A stretch of DNA of 64,000 bases from Alphaproteobacteria bacterium (lineage in GTDB: Bacteria; Pseudomonadota; Alphaproteobacteria; MPNO01): the NCBI GenBank assembly GCA_965248835.1, contig CBDFLJ010000002.1:2080001-2144000 (forward strand). Reading direction: 5' to 3'. Within the stretch, counting starts at the first letter, position 1, and each line of letters starts with the position of its first letter. Both the position numbers and the translations under genes were made by a program. This document shows positions 19,889 through 29,424 of this stretch, piece by piece. The notes under the pieces are model-generated. The model did no database searches and was not told where the DNA came from. It saw nothing but the letters and a program-made list of their open reading frames with translations.

Positions 19889-20656
19889 TTATCCGGCGAT
19901 GATCTGCCCGCCATCGACCTGGATCACCTTGCCGGTGATGTAGCCGCCCTCCTGGCCCGCGAGGAAGGCAACCACCTCGGCGATCTCCTCGGGCCGGGCG
20001 ATGCGGCCCAGGGGGATGCCCGCCACCACCTTCCGGCTCGCCTCCGGACCCCAGCGCTCGAAGGCGGTCGCCGTCTGGTCGGTATCGGTCAGCCCGATCG
20101 AGACCACGTTGGCGCGGATGCCGTGGCGCCCTTCCTCGCGCGCGACCACCCGGACAAGGGCTTCCATGCCGGCCTTCGCCGCCGCCCCCTGGGCGTTGCG
20201 CGACTGGCACATCTGGGCCGCGATCGAGGAGATCGCGATGATGACGCCGCTCCCGCGCTCGTGCATGTGCCGCAGGACCGCCTGAATGCTGTGGAAGGCA
20301 CCCTTGAGGTCGACATCGATATAGCGCGACCAGTCCTCGACGCCGAGCTCGCGCACCGGTGCCCAGGCGGTCGGCGCACCGGCCGAATGCACCAGGACGT
20401 CGATCGGTCCGAGTTCGGCAACGACGCGCGCGACGGCCTCCTCGACGCTCCGCGGGTTCGCCACGTCGACCTGGAGCGCCAGCGCACGGCGGCCCAGCGC
20501 CCGGATGCCCTCGCACGCGGCATCGGCCAGACCGGTTTGGCTCAGGTAGAACAAAGCGACATCGGAACCGCGCCGGGCGAGATCGAGACAGACCGCACGA
20601 CCGACCCCGCGGCTGCCGCCGGTCACCAGTGAGACCTGCCCTGCGAAATCGGCCAT
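19889..20656 (-). CDS. SDR family oxidoreductase (atypical catalytic motif)
   Basis: TGGSRGVG Rossmann motif, PLGRIARPEE; YxxxK reads GAAAK. Confidence 0.85.
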   Translation of the reverse strand: MADFAGQVSLVTGGSRGVGRAVCLDLARRGSDVALFYLSQTGLADAACEGIRALGRRALALQVDVANPRSVEEAVARVVAELGPIDVLVHSAGAPTAWAPVRELGVEDWSRYIDVDLKGAFHSIQAVLRHMHERGSGVIIAISSIAAQMCQSRNAQGAAAKAGMEALVRVVAREEGRHGIRANVVSIGLTDTDQTATAFERWGPEASRKVVAGIPLGRIARPEEIAEVVAFLAGQEGGYITGKVIQVDGGQIIAG

Positions 20657-20855
20657 CCTCGTCGCCCGCGACTCGATCCGGTGGGATAGTGGAGCCCGGC
20701 CGCCGCGGCATCAAGCGCGGTTTTCATTTCCGCCGCCGGAATCCAGGCCGAGAGCCTTCCTTGACTCCGATAAATCACCGTGTCTTGCTTCGAAGACGAA
20801 CCGTAAGCCGGGAATATTAAGGCGCGGAATTCAATCGATCGGGAGGAGCCATCTC

Positions 20856-21860
20856 ATGGCTTTGAGAAAGGCTTCGGCATGGACGGCGGCGGTCGTCGGC
20901 GCAATCATCGCCATATCGGCGCCGCTGGCGGCTGCGGATTTCACCATGAAGATCGGCTTCGTGACGCGGGCCGATCAGCAGAACGCCTGGGGCAACTGGT
21001 ATGTCGAAGGGGTCAACAGAGCCTCGAAGGGCAGGATCGCAGCCAAGACGTTTCCGGGCGGCCAGCTCGGCTCGATCCCGCGCCACGTCGAGGGCGTCCA
21101 GATCGGCACCGTGGAGGTGGCGATCTTTCCCGCCGACTTCTTTGTCGGCGTCGACCCGCGGTTCGGTGTCTTCAGCATCCCGACCTTGTTCAAGAACCGC
21201 GAGCATGCGGCCAAGGTGCTTGTCGATCCGGAGGTCGCCGGCGAGATCGCCGGCCTCGGCGCGGCCCAGGGCATGATCGGCGTCACCGCCTTCGTCCATT
21301 CGACGGTGCACTATTTCGGCAAGAAACCGATCCGCGGGCTTGACGACTTCAAGGGCAAGAAGATGCGGGTCAACGCGACGCCGGCGGAGCGCGAGCGGAT
21401 GCGGCGGCTGGGTGCGACGGCCATTCCCCTGCCGCTGGGCGAGCTCGTCCCGGCGCTGCAACGCGGCGTCGTCGACGGCACCATGAGCGGCATCGGGATC
21501 TACGTAAACTTCAAGTTCCAGAAACTGGGCACCATCCTGACCCAGACCGACGATACGCTCCTGGTGTCGATGGGTCTGGTTTCCAAGAAATGGATGAACA
21601 AGCTGCCGTCGGACCTTCGCAAGGTCGTCATCGACGAAGGACGCAAGGCCCAGGACAGGATCATCGTCGAATCTCCGAAGATGGAAGACAGCTTCACGGC
21701 GAGGTGGAAAGCCTCCGGCGGGACGATCGTGCGGTTCTCCAAACCGGACCAGGCCAAGCTGCTGGCGACCATCAGGACCGTGGGCGAGGAAGTTACCAAG
21801 TCGGATCCGCAGGTCAGCGCGTTCTACAAGAAGCTGCTGGCCGTGGGCGCGAAGTACTGA
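20856..21860 (+). CDS. dctP: TRAP transporter substrate-binding protein DctP
   Basis: Signal peptide, FPGGQLG, DFKGKKMRV, LQRGVVDG. Confidence 0.92.
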   Translation: MALRKASAWTAAVVGAIIAISAPLAAADFTMKIGFVTRADQQNAWGNWYVEGVNRASKGRIAAKTFPGGQLGSIPRHVEGVQIGTVEVAIFPADFFVGVDPRFGVFSIPTLFKNREHAAKVLVDPEVAGEIAGLGAAQGMIGVTAFVHSTVHYFGKKPIRGLDDFKGKKMRVNATPAERERMRRLGATAIPLPLGELVPALQRGVVDGTMSGIGIYVNFKFQKLGTILTQTDDTLLVSMGLVSKKWMNKLPSDLRKVVIDEGRKAQDRIIVESPKMEDSFTARWKASGGTIVRFSKPDQAKLLATIRTVGEEVTKSDPQVSAFYKKLLAVGAKY

Positions 21861-21943
21861 GCGCGGCGCGCCCGAAGGCGTGACGGCGCGCGGCCCGGGG
21901 ACGCCCGCGCCCCCCGGCCGCAGCCGTCGTGGATCGACCGCCG

Positions 21944-22471
21944 ATGAACGATAACAGCGCCTCCGATGCACGCCGGGGCGAGGCAGAGGACCCGACACCG
22001 GCCCTGCGGGTCGTCTTCTCGTCGATCCCGCGGGCGGTCCTGGGGATCCTGATCCTCGCTGGCGTTGCCATCAATTTCGCCAATGTCCTCGGCCGCCATC
22101 TGTTCGCGACGGCTTTGTTCTGGGCCGAGGAGATCCTGGTTTTCATCCTCATCTGGAGCGTGTTCATCGGCATCATCGCCGTGTCTTTCAACGGCGCGCA
22201 CCTGCGCATGGACCTGCTGTCGGCGCGGTTTCCCGATTCCTTGCGCAAGCTCGTCAACGGCATGGCGTGGCTTATCTTTCTCGGCTCGGCGGTGTTCGTC
22301 GTCACCCAGTCCTACCGGGTGATCGCGACGCTCGGCGAAAGCGGCCTGGTCAGCAACGCGGCCGGCGTCCCCATGGTCGTGCCGCATACCGGGCTTCTGG
22401 TCGGCTTCGCTCTGGTGATCCTGGCGGTAGCGATCCGCGTGCGCGCCTATTTCTCGGACCGGTTCGATTGA
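21944..22471 (+). CDS. dctQ: TRAP transporter small permease
   Basis: ANVLGRH, WAEE, HLRMD; 4 TM segments. Confidence 0.88.
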   Translation: MNDNSASDARRGEAEDPTPALRVVFSSIPRAVLGILILAGVAINFANVLGRHLFATALFWAEEILVFILIWSVFIGIIAVSFNGAHLRMDLLSARFPDSLRKLVNGMAWLIFLGSAVFVVTQSYRVIATLGESGLVSNAAGVPMVVPHTGLLVGFALVILAVAIRVRAYFSDRFD

Positions 22472-22506
22472 ACGCGGCAACGCGATAGCGGGGGAGCGGC
22501 TGGAAG

Positions 22507-23781
22507 ATGGCCTGGGTGATGGTGCTCATGCCGGTGATCACTCTGATCCTGGGCTTTCCAATCTTCCTGGTCCTGTTGTCGACCTCCGCGGTGGTGTTGC
22601 TGTTCTTCGCCGATGTGCCCGCGGAGGCCGTCCACCAGGCGATGTACGGCAGCATCGACAAGCTCGCCCTCCTGGCCGTGCCGTTCTTCATCTTCACCGG
22701 CGAGCTGATGGCGCGCGGCAGCGTCTCCGAACGCCTGGTCGGCTGGGTGACCTCGATCATCGGCGGCGTCCGCGGCGCGCTGCCGCTGACGACGCTGGGG
22801 ACCGCGACCGTCTTCGGCGCCATATCGGGGGCGACGACCGCGACGGTGGCCGCCGTCGGCACGCTCACCTACCGCCCGCTGCGCGAGCGCGGATATACGG
22901 AGAAATTCTCCACCGGGCTCATCACCTCCTCGGGCGCCATCTCCAACATCATTCCGCCGTCGATCCCGATGATCCTCTACGGCATCGCCTCGGACAGCTC
23001 GATCGTCGAGCTGTTCACCGCCGGCATATTCCCCGGCCTGCTGATCGCCGCGGTCTTCGGCGTCTATATCTATCTCCATGCCCGCCGCATGAACATCCGC
23101 GAGACCCAGGGCTTCGTCTGGGCCGCCTTCGTCGCGGCCACGCGGCGCGGCGTCTGGGCGCTGGGAGCGCCGGCGATCATCCTCGGCGGGATCTATTCGG
23201 GCGCCTTCTCGCCGACCGAGGCGGCCGGTATCGCCTGCGTCTACGCCCTGGTCGTCACCATGGCGGTCTACCGCGAGATCGGCTTCCGCCAGATGTTCGA
23301 CATCGCCGCGAGCTCGATGTACCTGACGACGCAGATCTTCATCATCGTCGCCGTCGCCGGGGTCTACTCCTGGCTGCTGACGATCGCAGGCGCCGCCCAG
23401 TTCGCGGCGGAATTCATCGGCGGGCTCGAGGTCGCGCCCTGGGTCATCCTTCTGATCATCAACATCTTCCTGCTGCTGATCGGCACCGTCCTCGACACCG
23501 CCTCGGCGATCCTGGTGCTGACGCCGCTGCTGGTGCCGATCGCCAAGCTGATCGAGGTCGACCTGGTCCATTTCGGTATCATCGTCGTCTTCAACCTCAC
23601 CATCGGCACCTTCACGCCGCCGTTCGGCCTGAACATCTTCGTCGGCCAGGCGATCTTCAAGGCGCCGCTGTCGAGCATCTATCCCGGGCTGCTGCCGTTT
23701 ATCCTGCTCGCCATCGGCGCCTTGATGGTCGTCACCTACGTCCCGGCGCTGTCGATGTCGCTGATCCCCTTTCTCTATTGA
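22507..23781 (+). CDS. dctM: TRAP transporter large permease
   Basis: LLAVPFFIFTGELM, IIPPSIPMI, FSPTEAA, FTPPFG. Confidence 0.92.
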   Translation: MAWVMVLMPVITLILGFPIFLVLLSTSAVVLLFFADVPAEAVHQAMYGSIDKLALLAVPFFIFTGELMARGSVSERLVGWVTSIIGGVRGALPLTTLGTATVFGAISGATTATVAAVGTLTYRPLRERGYTEKFSTGLITSSGAISNIIPPSIPMILYGIASDSSIVELFTAGIFPGLLIAAVFGVYIYLHARRMNIRETQGFVWAAFVAATRRGVWALGAPAIILGGIYSGAFSPTEAAGIACVYALVVTMAVYREIGFRQMFDIAASSMYLTTQIFIIVAVAGVYSWLLTIAGAAQFAAEFIGGLEVAPWVILLIINIFLLLIGTVLDTASAILVLTPLLVPIAKLIEVDLVHFGIIVVFNLTIGTFTPPFGLNIFVGQAIFKAPLSSIYPGLLPFILLAIGALMVVTYVPALSMSLIPFLY

Positions 23782-23891
23782 GCCGGTGCCCTTGACCTGC
23801 GCCGCCGGATGGGATGGCTTCGGCGGGGCGATCGAACACGACGCCGATCGGAACGCTCTCCAGGGATCCGTTTCAACCAAGCGAGGCCGAT

Positions 23892-24869
23892 ATGCGGACA
23901 TTGACCATTGCGCTCGAACGGCTCGACCGGCACGCGCCCTTTTTCATGGGCACGGTCGCTGCGCCCGACGGGGTCGTGTTCAGGGCGCTGGAAGTCGGTG
24001 TCGGCTTCGATCCCGGCCGGCGCGACGGCATCGACCGGCACGGCCGCATGTTCCGCGACCGCGAGTTCGACATCTGTGAGCAGTCGCTCGCCTCGTTCAT
24101 CATGTCGCGCAGCCGAAGCGAGGATTTCATCGCGACGCCGGTTTTCCCGCGCCGGCTGTTCAGCCAGAACTGCATGTTCGTCAACGTCGACGCCGGGATC
24201 GAGGCGCCAATCGACCTGGTCGGCAAGCGGGTCGGCGTGTGGTCGTTCCAGACAACGCTGTGCGTGCTGGCCAAGGGTGATCTCAAGGCCGAATACGGCG
24301 TGCCCTGGCAGGAGATCGACTGGTACATCCAATACCATGAGGAGCTTCCCTGGGCCGCCGAAGGGGTGTCGATCCAGGACATCCCCGACGGCAAGGATGC
24401 CGGCCGGATGCTGGTGGACGGCGAGCTCGATGCGATGTTCCATCCGTTGCCGCCTTCGGCCGTGCTGGCCAATCCCGACCGCGTCCGCCGGCTGTTTCCC
24501 GACGCCCGCGCCGAGTCGATCCAGCATTTCCGGAAATTCGGCTACTGCCCGATCATGCATCTGCTGTCGTTTCCCCGCGCGCTTGTCGAGGCCGAACCGT
24601 GGCTGCCGCGCGCGATGATCGACTGCTGGGAGGATGCCAAGCGCAAGACCGCCGCGTTCTACGAGGACCCCGCCTACTCGATGCTGGTCTTTGCCCGAAA
24701 CGAGTTCGAATGGCAGCGCGATGCGATGGGCGCGGACCTGTTTCCGTCCGGGCTCGCGGCCAACCGCACGAATCTCGAGCAGTTCATCGGCTATCTCGCC
24801 GACCAGCGGTTGATCGACGAGCCGATGCCGGTCGAACTTCTGTTCGACGACTCGGTGCTCGATAGCTAG
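23892..24869 (+). CDS. 4,5-dihydroxyphthalate decarboxylase-like protein (periplasmic-binding-protein fold, no signal peptide)
   Basis: EFDICEQSL, PVFPRRLF, DLVGKRVG, EYGV, RRLFPD, PIMH. Confidence 0.75.
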   Translation: MRTLTIALERLDRHAPFFMGTVAAPDGVVFRALEVGVGFDPGRRDGIDRHGRMFRDREFDICEQSLASFIMSRSRSEDFIATPVFPRRLFSQNCMFVNVDAGIEAPIDLVGKRVGVWSFQTTLCVLAKGDLKAEYGVPWQEIDWYIQYHEELPWAAEGVSIQDIPDGKDAGRMLVDGELDAMFHPLPPSAVLANPDRVRRLFPDARAESIQHFRKFGYCPIMHLLSFPRALVEAEPWLPRAMIDCWEDAKRKTAAFYEDPAYSMLVFARNEFEWQRDAMGADLFPSGLAANRTNLEQFIGYLADQRLIDEPMPVELLFDDSVLDS

Positions 24870-25037
24870 GACTATCACCGTCGAGGCTGGAGCCCGTGGG
24901 CGCGCCAAATGCGTTGCACGGAAGAGACGGAAACGCCGAGCTTCCCGGCGCGAGACCTGGCCGGCGACCGCGCCGCCCATGATAGAATCACCGACATGCT
25001 TCATAGACCGACAGCCCCGAACAGGAGGATGAAGAAC

Positions 25038-25673
25038 ATGGAATGGACCAACGAGAACGGGTTCGAGTGGTGCGAGCTATTGGATGTCGATACCTATGTC
25101 AGCCGGCTGCTGCAGCCCGACACCCGCCCCGCCAAGTGGTCGGGCGATGACATCCGCAAGGCCATGGGCATGTTCACCGCCGAGAACCGGCGCCACACCG
25201 ACCAGCGGCGCGGCGTCACGCTGGTCAACAACGACATCAAGGGGACCGCCGGGGCCACGCCGAGCATCAGCTTGACGTTCCAGCCCCTCCTGCCGGGCGA
25301 GACTCTGGACTTCCACCGCCACAACTATGTCGCGATCTATTACTGGATCGAAGGCGAGGGATATACCGTGATCGACGACGACGGCATCGACCGCGAGGAG
25401 CACCGGCAGTACTGGAAGGCGGGTGATGTGACGGTCTCCCCGGCCTGGTCGAACCACGCCCACGTCTGCACCTCCGAAGAGCCGGCGCTGCAACTGGCGA
25501 TCCACGACTTCCCCGAGCTCTGCTTCAAACGCAATATGATGTCCGAGGACCCCGACGGGCACGAGCATCTGCGCCACATGGTCAAGGGCGTCGTGCCGAG
25601 CTTCAACGCGCTCGATACGGTGGAAGACCTGGAGAAACGCGGCCTGAAGATCGCGGTGACCACCGAAGGCTGA
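25038..25673 (+). CDS. Cupin protein, gentisate 1,2-dioxygenase-like
   Basis: HRHNYVAIYYWIEGEG..PAWSNHAH three-His cupin; RBS AGGAGG. Confidence 0.75.
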   Translation: MEWTNENGFEWCELLDVDTYVSRLLQPDTRPAKWSGDDIRKAMGMFTAENRRHTDQRRGVTLVNNDIKGTAGATPSISLTFQPLLPGETLDFHRHNYVAIYYWIEGEGYTVIDDDGIDREEHRQYWKAGDVTVSPAWSNHAHVCTSEEPALQLAIHDFPELCFKRNMMSEDPDGHEHLRHMVKGVVPSFNALDTVEDLEKRGLKIAVTTEG

Positions 25674-25680
25674 CCGGAGC

Positions 25681-25716
25681 GCGCCATGGACCGCCCCGCA
25701 CGGCGGTCCATGGCGC
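25681..25716. terminator. Perfect 15-bp hairpin between convergent genes (probable bidirectional terminator)
   Basis: gcgccatggaccgcc-ccgcac-ggcggtccatggcgc. Confidence 0.65.
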
Positions 25717-25727
25717 AGCAAGCGCCC

Positions 25728-26882
25728 TCAAGCCAGCGCGTCGATGCCGAGTTCGGCGCGGATTTCCGCGGTGTTGGCCTCCTTGACCGCCTCCAGCGGG
25801 ATGCCGGTCGCATCGGCCACCCGGTCGAGTGCGCTGTAGTTGGCGATGACGGCTGCCGCATCGACCAGCCCGGCATCGCCCACCGCATCGCGGAGCCGCC
25901 GACGGGCCGCACCCAGCCGGGGCTGGTCATCGCCGAGCACCGCCTCGACGAAGTCGATCAACTGCGCGCCGTACCGCACCCCGCCGCCGCCGGCACCGCC
26001 CATGACCGCCTTGAAATCGATGTCCTCGCCGGTGGCATTTGCGCTCGCACGGAGCATCTCAACATGGGTGGTGGTTCAGTAGAAGCACCCGTTGATCGCC
26101 GAGACCCGTCCGGCGATCAACTCCATCTGGGCGCGCGTGATGGCACGGTGGCGGGACGCGGGATCGGCCATGAACGCGGGCGGGAGGTATTGCGCATCGA
26201 CCATGTCGAACAGGCCGCAGGCCTCGGCCGGCACCAGGCTCAGGGCGCACCGAATATAGGTCGGATCGGGCGAGGGATAGACCTTCTCCAGACACGCCTC
26301 GTCCGCGGTCATGTCTGCGGGCGCCAGCATCGCGACCCACGCCGGCCCGGGTTTCGCGCCGACGGGGCGCACGCGCGACGGCGCGCCGGCCGTGGGCTGC
26401 GGCAGCGGATGGAGCGGCACGCCGAGAGCCCGGGCGAAGATGTCCACGGCGATCGTGGTCACCACCACGCCGATGGTCTCGACGAACGCTTCTTCGCTGA
26501 GGCCGCCGGCGATCGCGCGCTCGTACCAGGCGCGGGTGAGCCTGCCGGGGTCGGTAGCGGTCCGGTGGACGACCTCCACCACGATTTCAGGCAGATCGCC
26601 CAGGCCCCTGTGTCCGCCGGCAACCGCATAAGGTGTCAGCGCCGCCTTGGCCTCGCGGCAGTAACCGCAGCGCGCGGCGTTCCGCGTCTCCGCGGCGATT
26701 GCGATCCGCCGCTCGGCGTCCCACCACGTCCCCGGCTCGGCAAGACGCTGCCAGGCCCGTCGGTGCGCCGCCGTCAGGTCCTGCCGCACCGGCGTCGCCG
26801 CTGCATCGTAGCTCAGCACAGCCACCGCCGGTCCCCGGTCATGACGATACCGATAATGTGCATACGGCGTTCGGTCCATCAA
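25728..26882 (-). CDS. Alkylhydroperoxidase-related selenoprotein (CFYU-T motif; Sec at TGA 26076-26078)
   Basis: ORFs 26076..26882 and 25728..26057 join in frame through TGA: ELIAGRVSAINGCFY-U-TTTHVEML; earlier CGYC motif; SECIS-like stem-loop; exact start uncertain. Confidence 0.82.
26036..26078 (-). promoter_or_regulatory. Putative bacterial SECIS element
   Basis: After the UGA: CAU(G)UUG(AGA)UGCUC-CGUGC-GAGCG-CAAAUG bulged stem; loop begins 24 nt after the UGA with G at its second position. Confidence 0.6.
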
Positions 26883-26908
26883 GGCGGCCGGACGCGGCGC
26901 GGGCCGGT

Positions 26909-28282
26909 TCAGCGCCTGGGCCAGTCCAGGTGATGCAGGTCGATCACGTAAGGATGGCTGTGTCTCATTGGGCCGTGCCGGTGTGGATGACGGTGCGGCT
27001 CGGGTCCCTCCCAGCCCTCGTGCTCGTGCCGGTGGTGTTCGTCATGGACGTGCAGGTGCTCGTGGTCCATGGCCTCGTGCCGGTGATCCAACGTACTCGG
27101 CTCGCCGGCGGGCCAAAACGAAACGGCCGCCGCCGTCGCCGCCAGGGCCAGGGCCGCGAGAACCGCGAAGGCAACCGTCAACCCGAAAGCGGATCCGAGC
27201 CAGCCGGCGAGCGGGTAGGCGATCAACCAGCAGGCGTGCGACAGCGCGAACTGCGCGGCGTAGAGCGCCGGTCGGTCGGGTTCTCGAGCCGACCGCCGGA
27301 GAAGACGGCCGGCCGGGGTCTGGACCATCGAGGATCCGGCGCCGAGCACGAGCCAGACCGCCATTAGCCCGCCGAATCCGGGATCGGCCAGGCCGAAGAG
27401 AAGACCGCCGGCGAGGATCGCGCCGCCGGCAAGCATGAAAGTGCGATCGGAATGGCGATCCAGCAGGCGGGGCAGCAGGAGCGCAACGACCATCGAGCCC
27501 GCTCCCGAAGCCGCGAGAGTCAGCGCGGTTTCGCTTTCGCTGCCGCCGAGCCGGTCGCGTACATAGACGACGGTATTGACGATCACCATGGCGCCGGCGC
27601 TGGCGACGGCGAGCGAAAGAGCGAGCAAGCCGCGCAGTCGCGGTGTCTTGAGATAGGCCCTGAGGCCGAAGGTCAGGTCATCCCTCAAGCCCTGTTCGCG
27701 TTCGCGCGGTTTGGGCGGGGGCAACCGCACCGACAGGACCAGAAGCGCGGAAGCGACGAAGGCCACGGCGTTGACGCCGAACAGCGCATCGTAGCTCAGC
27801 ACGACCAGCGCCGCCGCGGCCAGTGCCGGGCTCAGCAGATTCTCGAGGTCGTAGGCCAGGCGCGACAAGGAAAGGGCGCGGGTGTAGCGGGCCTCATCGG
27901 GCAGGACATCGGGGATCGTCGCCTGGAAGGTCGGCGTGAAGCCCGCCGAGCAGGCATTCAGCAGGAATATCAGCAGATAGACCTGCCAGATCTCCGTGAC
28001 CAACGGCAGGCACGCCACCAGGCAAGCGCGCGCGACATCGAGCGCAACGAGCAGTCGCCGGCGCGGCAGGAGATGGGTCAGCCCGCCGATGACCGGGGCG
28101 AGGCAGACATAGGCCACCATCTTGAGGGCCAGCGCGGTGCCCAGGACGGCGCCGGCCTCCGCACCCGCCAGCTCGTAGGCAAGCAGCGCAAGCGCGACCG
28201 TCGACAGCCCGGTGCCCGCCAGCGCGACGACCTGCGCGGCAAACAGGCGGCGGTAGGTCGGTTCCCGCAGCGGCGATAGCAT
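26909..28282 (-). CDS. nreB: MFS transporter with His-rich C-terminal tail (NreB-like Ni/Co efflux)
   Basis: MLSPLREPTYRRLFAAQVVALAGTG, YAAQFALSHACWL, tail HRHEAMDHEHLHVHDEHHRHEH..HSHPYVIDLHH. Confidence 0.75.
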   Translation of the reverse strand: MLSPLREPTYRRLFAAQVVALAGTGLSTVALALLAYELAGAEAGAVLGTALALKMVAYVCLAPVIGGLTHLLPRRRLLVALDVARACLVACLPLVTEIWQVYLLIFLLNACSAGFTPTFQATIPDVLPDEARYTRALSLSRLAYDLENLLSPALAAAALVVLSYDALFGVNAVAFVASALLVLSVRLPPPKPREREQGLRDDLTFGLRAYLKTPRLRGLLALSLAVASAGAMVIVNTVVYVRDRLGGSESETALTLAASGAGSMVVALLLPRLLDRHSDRTFMLAGGAILAGGLLFGLADPGFGGLMAVWLVLGAGSSMVQTPAGRLLRRSAREPDRPALYAAQFALSHACWLIAYPLAGWLGSAFGLTVAFAVLAALALAATAAAVSFWPAGEPSTLDHRHEAMDHEHLHVHDEHHRHEHEGWEGPEPHRHPHRHGPMRHSHPYVIDLHHLDWPRR

Positions 28283-28322
28283 GACGGCCGGCGCCCGGCG
28301 TGCGTCCCCCGGACCGTTTCCG

Positions 28323-29267
28323 CTAGGCCGGCAGCGCCCGCATGATCCCCATCCCGGTGAGCCATTCGGGAATTGCGTGGTAGCACTCGATCGTGCCCCG
28401 GTAGGGGCCGTAGGCGCGCAGCGCCGCGAACGCGGCCGTCCAGGCGCGGACCTCGTGGACACCGACGCCGCCCACCGCCGACAGCGCCGCGTCATCCGTC
28501 TCGTCGAACGCTTCCAGCTCGTCCTCCAGCATCGAGCGCATGAAAGCCCGATCCCAGCGTTCGTCGGGCGGCAGGCAGGGCCGCCCGCCCGCCGCAAGCT
28601 CCCGGGCCGCCTGGACGATCCGGGCCTGGCGCGCATCGTAGTCAGCCTTGGTCTGCTCGCCCCCGTCGATCAGGCGGTCGGGCAGGCCGTCCTTGAACAT
28701 CGCCGGCCCGGCGTTGGGCGGGTCGTGCGACAGCCCGCCGGAGCCGACGATCAGGACCCGCTTGTCCAGGCCCGCGAGATAGCGGCCGACGGCGTGTCCG
28801 AACAGGCGCACCCGCTTGAAGCTCGGGTAGGGCGGCGCGTTGCAGTTGATCATCACCGGCAGGCAAGGCCGGGCGTCGAGCCCGCCGCCGAAGAACTTTA
28901 GCGGCAAGGTCATCCCGTGATCGACGAGCATGCGATGCGATACCGCAACGTCTATCCCGGCTTCGCGGACCGCTTCGATGCATGCTTGCGCGATGTCGGC
29001 CGGCACGTCGAGCGGACCCGGTTCGAGGCCCCAGTCGATGCCGCCATGCGCCTGGGTCGCGATGCAGAAGGACGGCATCGCCCGGTAGAAAAACCCGTTG
29101 AAGTGATCGGGGTAGAAGACCGCGATCAGTTCCGGATCGTAGTCCCGCACCCAGATCTCGAGTTCGGCGAGCGTGTCGCGCCAATCCCGTTCCGCCGACC
29201 TGTCGGCGACCTCGAGCGGGACCAGCATCAACGGGCTGTGCGAGCAGCAGATCAGCGCCAAAGCCAT
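28323..29267 (-). CDS. mhpB: 2,3-dihydroxyphenylpropionate 1,2-dioxygenase (LigB/MhpB family extradiol dioxygenase)
   Basis: CCSHSPL, FYPDHFNGFFY..MPSFC, VDHG, GSGGLSHDPP, HEVRAW, IPEW. Confidence 0.85.
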   Translation of the reverse strand: MALALICCSHSPLMLVPLEVADRSAERDWRDTLAELEIWVRDYDPELIAVFYPDHFNGFFYRAMPSFCIATQAHGGIDWGLEPGPLDVPADIAQACIEAVREAGIDVAVSHRMLVDHGMTLPLKFFGGGLDARPCLPVMINCNAPPYPSFKRVRLFGHAVGRYLAGLDKRVLIVGSGGLSHDPPNAGPAMFKDGLPDRLIDGGEQTKADYDARQARIVQAARELAAGGRPCLPPDERWDRAFMRSMLEDELEAFDETDDAALSAVGGVGVHEVRAWTAAFAALRAYGPYRGTIECYHAIPEWLTGMGIMRALPA

Positions 29268-29424
29268 GGTCAGGCCCTCCTCCGGCGGAGCGATCATCCG
29301 ACACGGGCGGATCCCGATCAAGCGGGGCGTCCGCGGCTGCGGCGCCGCCTCGCCCGTGTCGACAGGTCGGACGGCGGCATGTTAGCGTCCGGTCGAGCCG
29401 GATCTCGTGCAAGAGGACGCGGTC

